64,000 nucleotides of DNA. Source: a virus. How positions within the stretch are numbered: position 1 is the stretch's first letter; each line of letters begins with the position of its first letter. Positions 17,320 through 28,134 of this stretch are shown piece by piece. Made by a program: the position numbers and the translations under genes. A model generated the notes under the pieces. That model made no database searches, was not told where the DNA came from, and was given only the letters and a program-made list of their open reading frames with translations. The stretch is taken from positions 10,605 through 74,604 of IMG/VR virus record IMGVR_UViG_3300032675_001827; one strand, 5' to 3'.

Positions 17320-19180
17320 TTGTATTAATTGGGTAATATCAGAAAATACAAAACTAAGAGTATCATATGATAATTTGAAGAATGGTCCGTTTGGACCATT
17401 CTTCAAATACCTTTCTGATTTACTACATACCACAGAACCTAGACAGTTGATGTGGCATGTTATACACGAAAACATTGCCCCCGCATTATGTAAGTGTGGT
17501 TCCCCACGTAAATGGGTTAAAAACAATAATGATTATAGATATACCTGTGGCCCAAAATGTGCAGGCGCTGAGAAATCTAAAAAGAAACCTAGAAAACCTA
17601 AATTTCTAAAAGGATTGTATTATAACGATCCAGATCGACTTGCAGCAGCTTTGAAAAAACGTCAGGAAAATAGTTTAGAAAAATATGGCACCGATTGTCC
17701 AACAAGCCGGACCGAAGTGTATGAAAAAAGAAAAAAGACAAATCTAGAAAGATATGGAGTAGAGCATCCATTTCAAAATTTAGAAGTGCAGACTAAGGCT
17801 GCAACCACTTTTAAAGAAAATCACAAAAAGGGCAGTGAAAATCATACCAATCTTATAGATAAACGAACAAAAACCAGTATTAAACGATATGGCACTGAAC
17901 ATCCTATGCAATCTGATCTGATAAAGGATAAGCAACATGCAACTATGATAGATTTATATGGCAATTCGCATGCACTATTAGTACCAGAATTGAATAATAA
18001 ACGTAAAAGGACAAATTTAGAAAAATTTGGTTGTGAAGAAGCTATCGCATCATCAGCAGTTAGACAGAGTATTTCGACTTCTAATCAAGCCAAATATGGT
18101 GTTGATAATTGGACGCAAACTTTATATTCCGATTATACAAAAGAAATATTGTTTGATCCTTCAAAATTTGAAATAACATTGTCAGGAAAAACATTAGATG
18201 AATCGCGAGATTTATTACAGGTATCGTTACGAACAATATTAAATTTTGCATCGAAATACAGTCTTAGACATATATTCTCTAGAGTTAAAACAACATTAAT
18301 AGAAGCTAAAATAGACAATCTACTATTTGAACATCTCGGAAATACCGGATATATACGAAACAGTAAATCAATAATTCCGCCAAAAGAATTAGACTTCTAT
18401 ATAGACCGTTATAAATTAGCAATTGAAGTCAATAGATTATACTGGCACAGTGAACTAGGTGGTGCATCACGTGATAGAAATTATCATATAAATAAATGGA
18501 AGATTTGCAACGAAAAAAATATCACACTATTACAGTTCAATAGTATCGACATCGAGAATAACTGGCATATTGTAGAATCAAAAATAAAAAGGCATATTGG
18601 TGTACCAATACAAGTAATAGGTGCAAGAAAACTATCTATACAAGTATTGTCTGATACTAAAATTGAACGAGAATTCTTAAATCAATGGCACCTACAAGGT
18701 GCAACAACTAATCGCAATTTCATCATCGGAGCATATTATGAGAACAATTTAATTGGAATCAGTACATGGAAATATATTGGTAATAAAGCAGAGTTAGTTA
18801 GATTTGCTACAAATATAAATTTCAGTTTTCCAGGTCTACTTTCAAGAATGATTAAACGATTTATTCAAGAAACAGGATTTTTTGGAAAACTATTGAGTTA
18901 TTCTAGTAATAATCACGGTGATGGCAAGGTTTATAGAGCGTGTGGATTTACATGTGACGGTAATACTGCTCCAGGATATCTTTATACATGTGACTATCTA
19001 CATCTAGAATCAAGAGTTAAATATCAAAAACACAAATTGCAAAAAATGTTTAATTTGACTGACGAGCAGATTAAAATGAAATCTGAATGGGAAATTATGC
19101 AAGAGCAAGGTTACGATAGAATTTGGGATTCAGGAAACACCAGATGGGTGAAAATAGTAGGATGTGGTGATGCGCAGTAG
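17291..19180 (+). CDS. Putative homing endonuclease: Zn ribbon, (E/K)(K/R)YG repeats, PD-(D/E)xK/Vsr-like nuclease and C-terminal GNAT-like domain (start uncertain)
   Basis: CKCG..TCGPKC; repeated T.LE(K/R)YG.EHP; ELDFYI...LAIEVN.LYWHS; FLNQWHLQG, ELVRFAT, G.VY...GF, RIWDSG. Confidence 0.7.
   Translation: MQHNLLLTCDCINWVISENTKLRVSYDNLKNGPFGPFFKYLSDLLHTTEPRQLMWHVIHENIAPALCKCGSPRKWVKNNNDYRYTCGPKCAGAEKSKKKPRKPKFLKGLYYNDPDRLAAALKKRQENSLEKYGTDCPTSRTEVYEKRKKTNLERYGVEHPFQNLEVQTKAATTFKENHKKGSENHTNLIDKRTKTSIKRYGTEHPMQSDLIKDKQHATMIDLYGNSHALLVPELNNKRKRTNLEKFGCEEAIASSAVRQSISTSNQAKYGVDNWTQTLYSDYTKEILFDPSKFEITLSGKTLDESRDLLQVSLRTILNFASKYSLRHIFSRVKTTLIEAKIDNLLFEHLGNTGYIRNSKSIIPPKELDFYIDRYKLAIEVNRLYWHSELGGASRDRNYHINKWKICNEKNITLLQFNSIDIENNWHIVESKIKRHIGVPIQVIGARKLSIQVLSDTKIEREFLNQWHLQGATTNRNFIIGAYYENNLIGISTWKYIGNKAELVRFATNINFSFPGLLSRMIKRFIQETGFFGKLLSYSSNNHGDGKVYRACGFTCDGNTAPGYLYTCDYLHLESRVKYQKHKLQKMFNLTDEQIKMKSEWEIMQEQGYDRIWDSGNTRWVKIVGCGDAQ
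17373..17408. repeat. Perfect 16-bp inverted repeat (hairpin) in the 5' end of the endonuclease ORF
   Basis: ATTTGAAGAATGGTCC-gttt-GGACCATTCTTCAAAT. Confidence 0.85.
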
Positions 19181-19204
19181 TTTACCTAACCAAGGCTTTG
19201 ATCT

Positions 19205-19723
19205 ATGTTTGACTATATTAAAAAATACATTTATGATAACACCACCGTTCATCATCATGACACCATATATTATAACAACAATATTGATGGACATTTAGTA
19301 GTAGCATCAAAAACCGATACAGAATTACTTGGATACGCGGTATGTGTAATAAAAAATAATTTAAAATACACAACTATCCAAAATTATATAGTTCCTCAAA
19401 ATCTATATTCCTGGGCAAACGATCATGGAAAAACTGCGTTGTCTATCATTAAATCAGTCATTAATATTTCCAATGTACCAGTCCTTAGTGATCTAGAGTT
19501 AAGTCCTAGTGCCAAAAAATTTTTAGAGCGGTCAATAGATAGTAATCAACTCCGTGCAAAAACATTCAATCTCACAAATGGCGATGTTACTGCGTATGAC
19601 CCTAGTATATGGAAACACGATGATACATATAGAGTTTTGATTATGAATGAACACGGAACGAATCCACATACGAGCAAATTTCCAATCTATGAAGGAACAT
19701 GGAATTGGTCGCAGTTGATGTAA
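19205..19723 (+). CDS. Hypothetical protein
   Basis: 172-aa ORF. Confidence 0.6.
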   Translation: MFDYIKKYIYDNTTVHHHDTIYYNNNIDGHLVVASKTDTELLGYAVCVIKNNLKYTTIQNYIVPQNLYSWANDHGKTALSIIKSVINISNVPVLSDLELSPSAKKFLERSIDSNQLRAKTFNLTNGDVTAYDPSIWKHDDTYRVLIMNEHGTNPHTSKFPIYEGTWNWSQLM

Positions 19724-19856
19724 TAGAAGGACAAGGCAGTGTTGAATTTAGGAATGGCATTAAAAATATCACTGTAAAACAATTCAAAGCATATTCGATT
19801 GACAAATTTTTCAAAAAACTTTAGATTTAAGATAGTCATTTTTGAAGGAAAATTTA

Positions 19857-20010
19857 ATGTGGTTATTTGAATACGTAGCGTTAGGTACTTGGGGGTTCTG
19901 GGCGATACTTGCAATTATGGATTTTTGAAGAAATCTATGCGTTGTCAGGCCGAGCATTTCAAAAGATAGCTGACAGCGTTTTCAAAGATATTGAAATTGG
20001 TAATAAATAA
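19857..20010 (+). pseudogene. Probable internally deleted membrane-protein gene remnant
   Basis: TTGACA promoter and SD GAAGGA, then MWLFEYVALGTWGFWAILAIMDF*. A second frame reads WIFEEIYALSGRAFQKIADSVFKDIEIGNK* like a C-terminus. Confidence 0.4.
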
Positions 20011-20028
20011 AATACAGCGGAGATTACT

Positions 20029-20223
20029 ATGGCAAAACCGGCATCTATAACAGTTCAATTAGTGAACGAAGAAAATCCAGAAACTGGCACAAAATACCTT
20101 GTTAAAAAGAGTACCAAAGGTACTAAATCTGGAAACAAATTGAGATTTCGTAAATACGACCCTGTTCTTAAAAAACATTGTATTTTTATAGAAAAGCGTC
20201 TTCCTAATCCTAAAGCTAAATGA
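20029..20223 (+). CDS. rpmG: 50S ribosomal protein bL33 (Zn-free type)
   Basis: MAK....V.L......GT.Y..KK......KL.FRKYDPVLKKH..F.E; TAAATA and SD GGAG upstream. Confidence 0.82.
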   Translation: MAKPASITVQLVNEENPETGTKYLVKKSTKGTKSGNKLRFRKYDPVLKKHCIFIEKRLPNPKAK

Positions 20224-20351
20224 AGAAGTGGTTTACAGAACATAAACCTTTAATTAAAAAATGGGGGCTTGTTGCTGTTGTAATTTATACAGCTAAAGCC
20301 CTCATTTATATTTCCATTATAGTTTGGGCATCAATCAAGTTTGTACATTAG
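20220..20351 (+). CDS. 43-aa small membrane protein coupled to rpmG (not in the ORF track)
   Basis: ATGA overlap; MKKWFTEHKPLIKKWGLVAVVIYTAKALIYISIIVWASIKFVH. Confidence 0.55.
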   Translation: MKKWFTEHKPLIKKWGLVAVVIYTAKALIYISIIVWASIKFVH

Positions 20352-22462
20352 CCCATTTGTACCCAATGATCACCGTTATCATCTGTAATATAAGTGAATA
20401 AAACACCTGACACTGTATTATACCATCTGTCGCCGTCAACAGGTATTGGAAAAACAGGTGGCACAGGACTTTCAGTAATCTGACTGTGATTTAGATATTG
20501 TAAGCCGTTACCGTCTAAATTTACACCTAAAACCTGTCCCGGTGTTCCAATAGTTGTATTTCCTGTACCGCCGTAGGGATAATCAATTGTTGTTGCATTC
20601 CATACACCAGATGTGATGGTACCTAGCCCTGTTATTGTAGGCTGATTGCTGTTAATACTTATTGCGCCGGTAGAAATATTATAACTAAGCCCAGTTCCGG
20701 CTATTGAACTTGAAATACTAATTGCATTATTGTTTGCAATTAACGCACTATTTGGATCAAGCTGAATTTCTATTATTGGATAGCCATCTGGTCCACTAAT
20801 GGTTTTTAGACCCGATGTTGTATCAACAAAGGCAGCAGCATTGACATTGAAATACTGGCCGCTTTGGGTAAGTCCAAAACCTGGAAGAATTACACCTGCT
20901 TCGCTAAACTGTGTCCATACGATAGGCGATACATTTATTGTAATAGGATTTGGTGTTGTTTCTACCCATCCGGTACCGTGATTAGTATATCCTTGTTCAA
21001 CAAATACGAAATCACCTGCTGAAATCTTACCTGTGGTACCTTGCCCATTAAAATCACTGGTTCTTGTTAAAATCCAGTTTTCACTTAGGCCGCCTGTTTG
21101 TATGACTTCATAGATGCCATTTTGTGTTTGATCTATTTGATTTTTAACAAGAATTCTGTCACTAATCGCCGGTGCAATAGTGTCTACTATTAGTTGTTCA
21201 TATGCATTACTTGTTAATGCACCATAAGCTATTAAAGGGTTAAAAGATGCATCCAGATTATCTGTTGTAGCAACAACAACAGTAGCTTTTACGTTAAGTC
21301 CGCTTGCTACAGTATCTACATAAGATTTAGTTGCAACATCTTGAGAATTAATAGGATCCTGAGCATTTATAATTCTATTATTGCTCATATCCAATGTGTT
21401 AACAATTTGTACGTTAGCCGCGTTTGCAGATAATACTAAATTTTGACCAGGTGATCCTGTGGTAATATAGTCGCTGCTTATTTGAACTTGACCAACTGAC
21501 AGTGTTGATTCAACTGCGTTAAAAGTTAAGGCACTGTTACCTACAAGCTGTCCATCAGGGGCACCAAATGCTATTTGACCCTGCGTAACATTGAATGCGC
21601 TGCCACCTGTACCCGATGTGAAAATTGCACTGTTGTCGGTTATTTTTATGTAAACAGGTATTTGATCGCCAGATGTAATTACATTAGATACGCCACCGGG
21701 GGATGTGCTACTGATATATAAAATATCACCAGGATACCCTGGTAAGGTAGGAAGATTTGTTACATAACGGTTAATGGGTCTATAGGTAAAATCTCCAATA
21801 TCTGGCTGATTTACACTTGTTACTGTACCAATACTCTGAGTAGACCTCATCTCGGTGGCAACACTAAGAGAATAAGATCCATCTTCATTTAAGTAGATAA
21901 AGTCTCCAATTTGGAAATTGTTACCAAATTGAGTGGCCTGAATATAATCTTGGATATAGTTATATGATTGGAAACGATTGACAATATCAGGTATTAGATT
22001 AATTGGCACAGCGTAATCAGGTATCGTAGCGAATACAGGAATACCTTCGCTGTTAAGATTGATAATCAGATTATCATACACACCAAGGTCGCTTATATTG
22101 CCAATCCCTATACCGCTTTGAGTAGGATCGTTAACAATATTGCTGAGTCCCACATCTTCTACAATAAAAGTTAGTATCGAATCTGTTTGCGATACAATGC
22201 TTATAATTTCAACAGCTATACTAGATGATGCGAAAACCAACCAATTACCAACTGTTACGTCAAGACCATTATAGGTAAATGGTATTGGTGTATTTGGATC
22301 GCTGTGAGTTTGCGATTGAACATCAACGGTTACTTGCCATTGATAAGGATAACCCGACCAGGGATCGGATGGATTGAGAGGGTCGTTCCAATTGGCATAC
22401 GGAACAATACTTGAAACATTTGTAAAAAGAGTTAGAGGGACACGAAAACTTTGAGCTGTCAT
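20348..22462 (-). CDS. Virion structural / tail-fibre-associated protein
   Basis: DVATKSYVD, RILVKNQ..QNGIY, GTITSGVWNAT.I...YGGTG, GDRWYN modules. Confidence 0.7.
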   Translation of the reverse strand: MTAQSFRVPLTLFTNVSSIVPYANWNDPLNPSDPWSGYPYQWQVTVDVQSQTHSDPNTPIPFTYNGLDVTVGNWLVFASSSIAVEIISIVSQTDSILTFIVEDVGLSNIVNDPTQSGIGIGNISDLGVYDNLIINLNSEGIPVFATIPDYAVPINLIPDIVNRFQSYNYIQDYIQATQFGNNFQIGDFIYLNEDGSYSLSVATEMRSTQSIGTVTSVNQPDIGDFTYRPINRYVTNLPTLPGYPGDILYISSTSPGGVSNVITSGDQIPVYIKITDNSAIFTSGTGGSAFNVTQGQIAFGAPDGQLVGNSALTFNAVESTLSVGQVQISSDYITTGSPGQNLVLSANAANVQIVNTLDMSNNRIINAQDPINSQDVATKSYVDTVASGLNVKATVVVATTDNLDASFNPLIAYGALTSNAYEQLIVDTIAPAISDRILVKNQIDQTQNGIYEVIQTGGLSENWILTRTSDFNGQGTTGKISAGDFVFVEQGYTNHGTGWVETTPNPITINVSPIVWTQFSEAGVILPGFGLTQSGQYFNVNAAAFVDTTSGLKTISGPDGYPIIEIQLDPNSALIANNNAISISSSIAGTGLSYNISTGAISINSNQPTITGLGTITSGVWNATTIDYPYGGTGNTTIGTPGQVLGVNLDGNGLQYLNHSQITESPVPPVFPIPVDGDRWYNTVSGVLFTYITDDNGDHWVQMG

Positions 22463-22471
22463 TTAGAGTCC

Positions 22472-23752
22472 TTATTGAATATAGACTGCAATTCTAGCTT
22501 GTCCACCATAGACTGTTCCTACGTTATTTGCAGTTATACCGCTTAAAACAAATTGGCCAGGTATTGTTGTATCATAACTTATATTCATGATCGCAGTTGG
22601 CCCTCTGCTAACGTATACTGTACCTCCAACTGTTGTCTGCCCGTAGGCTATGAAGTTTTGAGGTAGACCAGAGATAGTATAACTAACTGTTATATAATTA
22701 GACCCAATTGTAGCTTGCCAACCATCAGGTAAATCTGTTATCGAATCTATTGCACCAGCACTGGAATAATTTACAGTGAATTCATATTGATTAACACCTA
22801 TAGGTCCTGTTGGTCCTATAGGTCCTGGTGGGCCGCCTCGTGGCCCAGTTGCTCCTTGTGTACCTGTATAACCAGTTGGACCGGTATAACCCCATGGTCC
22901 TTGTTGACCAGTTGGTCCAGTAATACCAGTTGGTCCAGTAACCGTTGAGGGTGCCCCGGTAGGACCTGTGGCCATTGGGCCTGTAGAACCGGTTGGTCCA
23001 GTGATATTTGATGCATTACCTGTTGGACCGGTTGGACCTCCGGCTGGACCAGGCGGTCCTTGTGGACCCGGAGGACCGGGTTGTCCAACTACGCTAGGTA
23101 CCCATGTGTTTTGATAGCGTATATACAGATTGCCATCAGTATCATTCCACCACAAATCACCTGTAATAAGGCTATTACTGACAGGTGCTACATTCGTAAC
23201 ATAAGTTTGTGTTTCTGTGATCCAAATGGTATCGTAATTTGCATCGCTATTTTTAGCCAAGACTTGGCCAGCGGCGCCGCCGGCTGGTAAACCATTTATA
23301 ACTGTGTTTTGGCCGCCGCCGTTGCTAGTGGCTGCTGGACTCACTGCACCATAATTTAATAATATAGTTCTTACTGCACCTACAAGATATGGATCAGTTG
23401 GTGGAGGAACCAGATACGTACGATCCAGTGCAGCTCTTATCCAGATATAGTTTCCACTAAAACTATAAACGAAAACTCCTGTATCACCATTGTTTGTACC
23501 AGATGGTGCTGCAGGGTTTAAAGGAAATTGAACAAACGGAATATTACCTACCAGCGGTATATTAAACCAATCGTTAGGTCCCGGTTGGGAAGCCAATGAT
23601 CCTTGTATGTATATACGGCCAATAAAATTAACTACTGATATACTAACCGTGTGATTACAGCCAATGGTATTGCTATAACCGGCGCCCTTTTGCTGGACGC
23701 CTATTGCGTTAATCTGTGTAGTTGTAGAACCAAGTAAGGTTACGCTGAACAT
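22472..23752 (-). CDS. Virion protein with a collagen-like GPT/GPP repeat segment
   Basis: [19 protein letters not shown], about 35 Gly-X-Y triplets; TAAATA upstream. Confidence 0.75.
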   Translation of the reverse strand: MFSVTLLGSTTTQINAIGVQQKGAGYSNTIGCNHTVSISVVNFIGRIYIQGSLASQPGPNDWFNIPLVGNIPFVQFPLNPAAPSGTNNGDTGVFVYSFSGNYIWIRAALDRTYLVPPPTDPYLVGAVRTILLNYGAVSPAATSNGGGQNTVINGLPAGGAAGQVLAKNSDANYDTIWITETQTYVTNVAPVSNSLITGDLWWNDTDGNLYIRYQNTWVPSVVGQPGPPGPQGPPGPAGGPTGPTGNASNITGPTGSTGPMATGPTGAPSTVTGPTGITGPTGQQGPWGYTGPTGYTGTQGATGPRGGPPGPIGPTGPIGVNQYEFTVNYSSAGAIDSITDLPDGWQATIGSNYITVSYTISGLPQNFIAYGQTTVGGTVYVSRGPTAIMNISYDTTIPGQFVLSGITANNVGTVYGGQARIAVYIQ

Positions 23753-23796
23753 GCCAAGCCTCTATGTGATAGAGTTATTTAGCTATGTACTATACG

Positions 23797-23979
23797 TTAT
23801 TCCAATTCCATAACTTCGACTACAACTGCACTGTCGTTTATTACACTTTCCGCTAATTCTGGTATACTGTTTATCAAAGTTTGCTTTGCATCATCATCTA
23901 AAACACTAGTAACACCGTCACTGTCTTTTACAATTTTGCTTATTTTGATCGCCAAAACCTGTTCTAAAACTCTTGCCAT
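23797..23979 (-). CDS. Small hypothetical protein
   Basis: SD AGGAG and TAAATA upstream. Confidence 0.65.
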   Translation of the reverse strand: MARVLEQVLAIKISKIVKDSDGVTSVLDDDAKQTLINSIPELAESVINDSAVVVEVMELE

Positions 23980-24020
23980 TTATATTTTCTCCTGCAAATG
24001 CAGAAGTATTTAGCTATTAT

Positions 24021-24365
24021 CTAGGTATTTAATGTTTGTTTTGGCTTCCTACCGCGTTTTCTTCCAATTTTTTTATTTGACCCATCTGGAAGAAGATCGT
24101 AAATGTCTGCATATCGAACAGGATCCATTCCTTCTATAGACTTTATATTGCTTCCATTTGATTTGACAATTTTTTTGGTTTCATCACCTAGTTGTAGTTC
24201 AAAAATTGGTTCTTCAGATTCAAGAACTATATTCCTAATTTTAAATTCACCTAGCTTTGAAAAAACCCTGCCAGAAACATCAGTACTATTGTAATCTGCG
24301 ATTACAATAGTATCTGTAGCTAACGCATTTTTTCTTACAAGTGCTGAAATTAATGATATCTGCAT
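24021..24365 (-). CDS. Hypothetical protein with a C-terminal KRGRKPK (AT-hook-like) motif
   Basis: SD AAGGA; basic tail. Confidence 0.6.
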   Translation of the reverse strand: MQISLISALVRKNALATDTIVIADYNSTDVSGRVFSKLGEFKIRNIVLESEEPIFELQLGDETKKIVKSNGSNIKSIEGMDPVRYADIYDLLPDGSNKKIGRKRGRKPKQTLNT

Positions 24366-24381
24366 ACGTTGTCCTTTTGTT

Positions 24382-26643
24382 TTAAATCTCGTTGTTTACT
24401 AATTCAATATCTTGCTGTTGAAAATTGGTTTCAATTATGTGATGTACTAGATTTCCATTATCAGCTGTGAATAAAACTCCGCCGCCATTTTTAAGTTTAC
24501 CAAATAAAATTTCTCTGCTCAAAGGCTTTTTAACGTGCTCCTGCATGACTCTTGCCAATGGGCGTGCACCCATGTTTTTATCAAACCCTTTGTCAATCAA
24601 CCATTGCTTGGCTTGTGCATCAAATGCAATAGTTACACTCTTATTTTGACTTAGGTCATTGAGCTGATTGATAAATTTATCTAGCACTTTGACCATGCTA
24701 TCTTTTGTCAATCTGTTAAAATGAATAGTAGCGTCAAGACGGTTGCGGAATTCAGGAGTAAACCACAACTTGACTGCCTCTTGCCCTGCATCATTGCGTT
24801 CTGAATTACCAAAGCCAATTGAATTTTTTTCCATATCTGAAGCACCGAGATTTGATGTAAAAATCAAAAAGACATTGCGAGCGCTTGCAGTTTTACCTGC
24901 TTGACTGGATATCATTCCGTTGTCCATTACTTGTAAGAAAATAGATACAATATCTGGATGGGCTTTTTCAATTTCGTCGCATAAAATAACTGCATGAGGA
25001 TGTTGTTCTAGTTCATTTATGAGAATTCCAGATCCTGCCGAACCGTCGCCGTAACCTACATAACCGGGCGGCGATCCGATAAATTTGCTGACGCTGTGTT
25101 TTTCCATAAATTCACTCATATCAAATCTTATAAACGGGATATTAAGAGTAGCTGCCAATTGTTTTGCAATTTCTGTTTTTCCTACTCCTGTTGGTCCGGC
25201 AAACAAAAAGGATCCAAGTGTTTTGTTACCTTCGCGTAGACCAGATTTACTGATCAGTACAGCATCTGTTAGATTTAATACAGCTTCGTCTTGACCAAAA
25301 ACGGTAGATTTTAGTGTGTTTTCCAATTGTTCAAGATCAACTATCTCTTGTTCACTATCTGATTTGATAGGTATCTTAGTCATCTGACTGATTTCATAGG
25401 CTATTTCCTCAGTACCAATGCTTTCAACACGTTCATGTAAAGGTTTAATTTTCTGTCGTGCGCCTGCTGAATCTACTATGTCAAGTGCTTTGTCAGGCAA
25501 GCGTTTATCATGTATATATTTTACGCTTAAGTCAACTGCGCTGTCCAAAGCAGCTTTGGTGTAATTTACACCGTGAAATTGACTATAGTATTCACTTAGA
25601 GCATTTACAATGGTTTTAGAATCTTTGATTGATGGTTCTAGTACATCAATACGTTGAAATCTACGCATCAATGCGCGATCTTTTTCAAAATGTTTGCGAA
25701 ACTCTTCTTGTGTTGTACTGCCAATGCACCGAATATCACCTCTGCTGAGTGCAGGTTTGAGCAGATTAGCTGCATCCATTGCACCGTTGCTGCCGCTGCC
25801 GGCGCCCATAATCATATGAATTTCATCAATGAATAAGATTGCATGTGGAAGTGCAGTAAAAGCTGAAATAATGTTTTGCATACGTTCTTCAAAATCACCT
25901 CTAAATTTTGTACCAGCTATTACACTGCTTATATCTAGGCTATAAATGATTTTGTCATTTAGTGTATCAGGAACTGTGCCTTCAACAATATTCTTGGCCA
26001 AACCCTCTACTATCACTGTTTTTCCAACACCCGGATCGCCTAGAAGAATGCCATTGTTTTTATGCCTTCTAGCCATGATCTGTGTAATTTTTAGAATCTC
26101 AGTTTCTCGACCAATCAATGGATCAATTTTCTTTTGTTTTGCTTTTTCATTGAGATTCACACAGTAATGTTCTAGAATTTCGCGAGCTTCTTTAATATTT
26201 GTAGTTGTTTGCTGCTGACTTTTTGTCTTTTGCAACAGTGATAGAACAATTTCTTTCTCAAGACCTGCTGCATTTAAAAAATATGATGCATGGCTATTTT
26301 CGATGTTGAACATAGCGAGAAATAGATCCATACATCCCATATCACTGCGTGAAGAAAAAATGGTCTGAGTTTTGGCTTTTTTAACTGCTGTTAGCAGCAG
26401 TGAAGTATGACGCGGTTGATAAGATCCGGTTTTCACTAATACATGATTAGTTGCATCATGAATGTAAGCACGAACATCATCGGTTAATTTTTTAAGATCT
26501 CCTGATGCTTGTGTTATTAAGGCTTGAATATCCTCTAACTCTAACAGAGCCATCAAAAGATGTTCTAAGGTAACAAATTCGTGCCTTAATCCAGCAGCAA
26601 TTATATAAGCACGCTTTACAACATCTTCAAAACTATTTTGCAT
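24382..26643 (-). CDS. clpA: ATP-dependent Clp protease ATP-binding subunit ClpA
   Basis: HEFVTLEHLL, IDPLIGRE, GDPGVGKT, FRGDFEER, LFIDEIH, GPTGVGKTE, RFDMSEF, PPGYVG, DEIEKAHPD, PEFRNRLD, MGARPL; no ClpB middle domain. Confidence 0.93.
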   Translation of the reverse strand: MQNSFEDVVKRAYIIAAGLRHEFVTLEHLLMALLELEDIQALITQASGDLKKLTDDVRAYIHDATNHVLVKTGSYQPRHTSLLLTAVKKAKTQTIFSSRSDMGCMDLFLAMFNIENSHASYFLNAAGLEKEIVLSLLQKTKSQQQTTTNIKEAREILEHYCVNLNEKAKQKKIDPLIGRETEILKITQIMARRHKNNGILLGDPGVGKTVIVEGLAKNIVEGTVPDTLNDKIIYSLDISSVIAGTKFRGDFEERMQNIISAFTALPHAILFIDEIHMIMGAGSGSNGAMDAANLLKPALSRGDIRCIGSTTQEEFRKHFEKDRALMRRFQRIDVLEPSIKDSKTIVNALSEYYSQFHGVNYTKAALDSAVDLSVKYIHDKRLPDKALDIVDSAGARQKIKPLHERVESIGTEEIAYEISQMTKIPIKSDSEQEIVDLEQLENTLKSTVFGQDEAVLNLTDAVLISKSGLREGNKTLGSFLFAGPTGVGKTEIAKQLAATLNIPFIRFDMSEFMEKHSVSKFIGSPPGYVGYGDGSAGSGILINELEQHPHAVILCDEIEKAHPDIVSIFLQVMDNGMISSQAGKTASARNVFLIFTSNLGASDMEKNSIGFGNSERNDAGQEAVKLWFTPEFRNRLDATIHFNRLTKDSMVKVLDKFINQLNDLSQNKSVTIAFDAQAKQWLIDKGFDKNMGARPLARVMQEHVKKPLSREILFGKLKNGGGVLFTADNGNLVHHIIETNFQQQDIELVNNEI

Positions 26644-27142
26644 TTTTATTCTGCTTCCTTTTCTTATCTAGTTTTTTCTTAGCCATGCTAAGACTTAATT
26701 TTCCTACACGATCTGTAAAGCATATTCCTTGACAGTGATCAAATTCGTGCATCCATACTCTAGCTTCTAACCCTTCTAGCCTTTCAGTTGTTTCTGTACC
26801 TTCTAAACTGAAATACCTTGCAATCACACCTTCTGGACGTTTTACTTTGAGTAGCAGGCCTGGAAAGCTGAGGCAACCTTCCTCCATTATAATCATGTTG
26901 AAACTGGCTCCAACTATCTCTGGATTAACGCAGATTCTTATTTTATCGTTAACAAGCATAGCAAACATAGCTAAATCTATGCCCAATTGGCATGCGCTTA
27001 CACCAAGCGCATTTTGCTCATAAATTGTTTTAACAAGCAACGAGGCTATTGGTTGCAGTGTATTTTTGTATGTGTCAAATTGTTCTTGAGTTACCAATTG
27101 TGTTTTGGTATGTAACACTTTATTTGTTGATTCAACTAACAT
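26633..27142 (-). CDS. def: Peptide deformylase
   Basis: LGVSACQLG, EGCLSFP, HEFDH. Confidence 0.9.
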   Translation of the reverse strand: MLVESTNKVLHTKTQLVTQEQFDTYKNTLQPIASLLVKTIYEQNALGVSACQLGIDLAMFAMLVNDKIRICVNPEIVGASFNMIIMEEGCLSFPGLLLKVKRPEGVIARYFSLEGTETTERLEGLEARVWMHEFDHCQGICFTDRVGKLSLSMAKKKLDKKRKQNKNAK

Positions 27143-27163
27143 GTATAATTTTTAACCTTACTA

Positions 27164-28054
27164 CTAATGGTTGTCAATGCTACGATTTTTTTGGATTTGA
27201 CTTAGTAAACTTAAATTTTCTGCGGAAAGATTCTGCGGTATTTCTAATTCTATAATCAAATACAAATCGCCGTGGGTGCCTGGATGTTCTCTTAATGGCA
27301 TACCTTGATTAACTATTCGCAATTTAGTTCCATGTTGAGTCCCTGGCGGGATCGTTACTGAGATTTTATGACCGTTAATTGCATAAATGTGCAATTTGGT
27401 TCCAACAATGGCTGAAATAGCGTCAACTTTGCAATGATGTTCTAAATGATTCCCGTGCCTAACAAATTTAGCATGCGGTGCGATTTCTACATGAATGTAC
27501 AAATCACCAGGCGGTAAACTGGTATTGCTATGATCGCCTTGCCCGGCATATCTTATTCTAGTGCCGTTGTCAATACCTTTGGGAATATCTATTACCAAAT
27601 CAATTTTTCTACCACTGTTGGTAGTAAATCCAAGTGGTATCTGCTTTCCGTTATAGGAATCTTCTAGACTTATGTTAATGTTTAAATTTACATCTCTATT
27701 ACGCTGAGGAGCTCTTCCAAAACCAGGAAAACCATGTTGACTGAAAAATTGTGCTACAAAATCATCAATATTAGTTGGATTATCAAAAGGACGACCATTT
27801 ACATTTACATTCCAATGAACTCCTCCATGATTTCCATGAAAAGGGTTCTTACGAGTTTGATCGTATTCTCTACGTTTGATTTCGTCACTTAGAATTTCAT
27901 ATGCTGCACTTATTTCTTTAAATTTAACTTCAGCGTCTTTATTGCCAGAATTGCGATCAGGATGCCACTGCATTGCAAGTTTCCGATAGGCTGCTTTAAT
28001 TTCATCAGCTGACGCTGTTTCGTTAATGCCTAATGTTTCATAGTGTGTTGCCAT
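27164..28054 (-). CDS. DnaJ/CbpA-type co-chaperone (J domain plus C-terminal domain, no Zn finger)
   Basis: HYETLG, IKAAYRKLA..WHPDRN, PGDLY, GDLYL; ends TAG TAG TAA. Confidence 0.9.
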   Translation of the reverse strand: MATHYETLGINETASADEIKAAYRKLAMQWHPDRNSGNKDAEVKFKEISAAYEILSDEIKRREYDQTRKNPFHGNHGGVHWNVNVNGRPFDNPTNIDDFVAQFFSQHGFPGFGRAPQRNRDVNLNINISLEDSYNGKQIPLGFTTNSGRKIDLVIDIPKGIDNGTRIRYAGQGDHSNTSLPPGDLYIHVEIAPHAKFVRHGNHLEHHCKVDAISAIVGTKLHIYAINGHKISVTIPPGTQHGTKLRIVNQGMPLREHPGTHGDLYLIIELEIPQNLSAENLSLLSQIQKNRSIDNH

Positions 28055-28060
28055 ATGTAT

Positions 28061-28088
28061 ATTTTATTTTTGCAAAATTATTTGTCAA
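28061..28088 (-). promoter_or_regulatory. sigma70 promoter giving a leaderless dnaJ transcript
   Basis: TTGACA-16 nt-TAAAAT, then 6 nt to the ATG; no SD. Confidence 0.6.
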
Positions 28089-28134
28089 CTGTAGTGAGTT
28101 TTTTTGGTTATAGTCCAAAAACTAAATATTCTGC

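Noticed and set aside
19699-19824. 41-aa ORF MELVAVDVIEGQG...
   Set aside because: Short SD spacing, overlaps the upstream gene and a promoter, and has no recognisable motif; not enough support.
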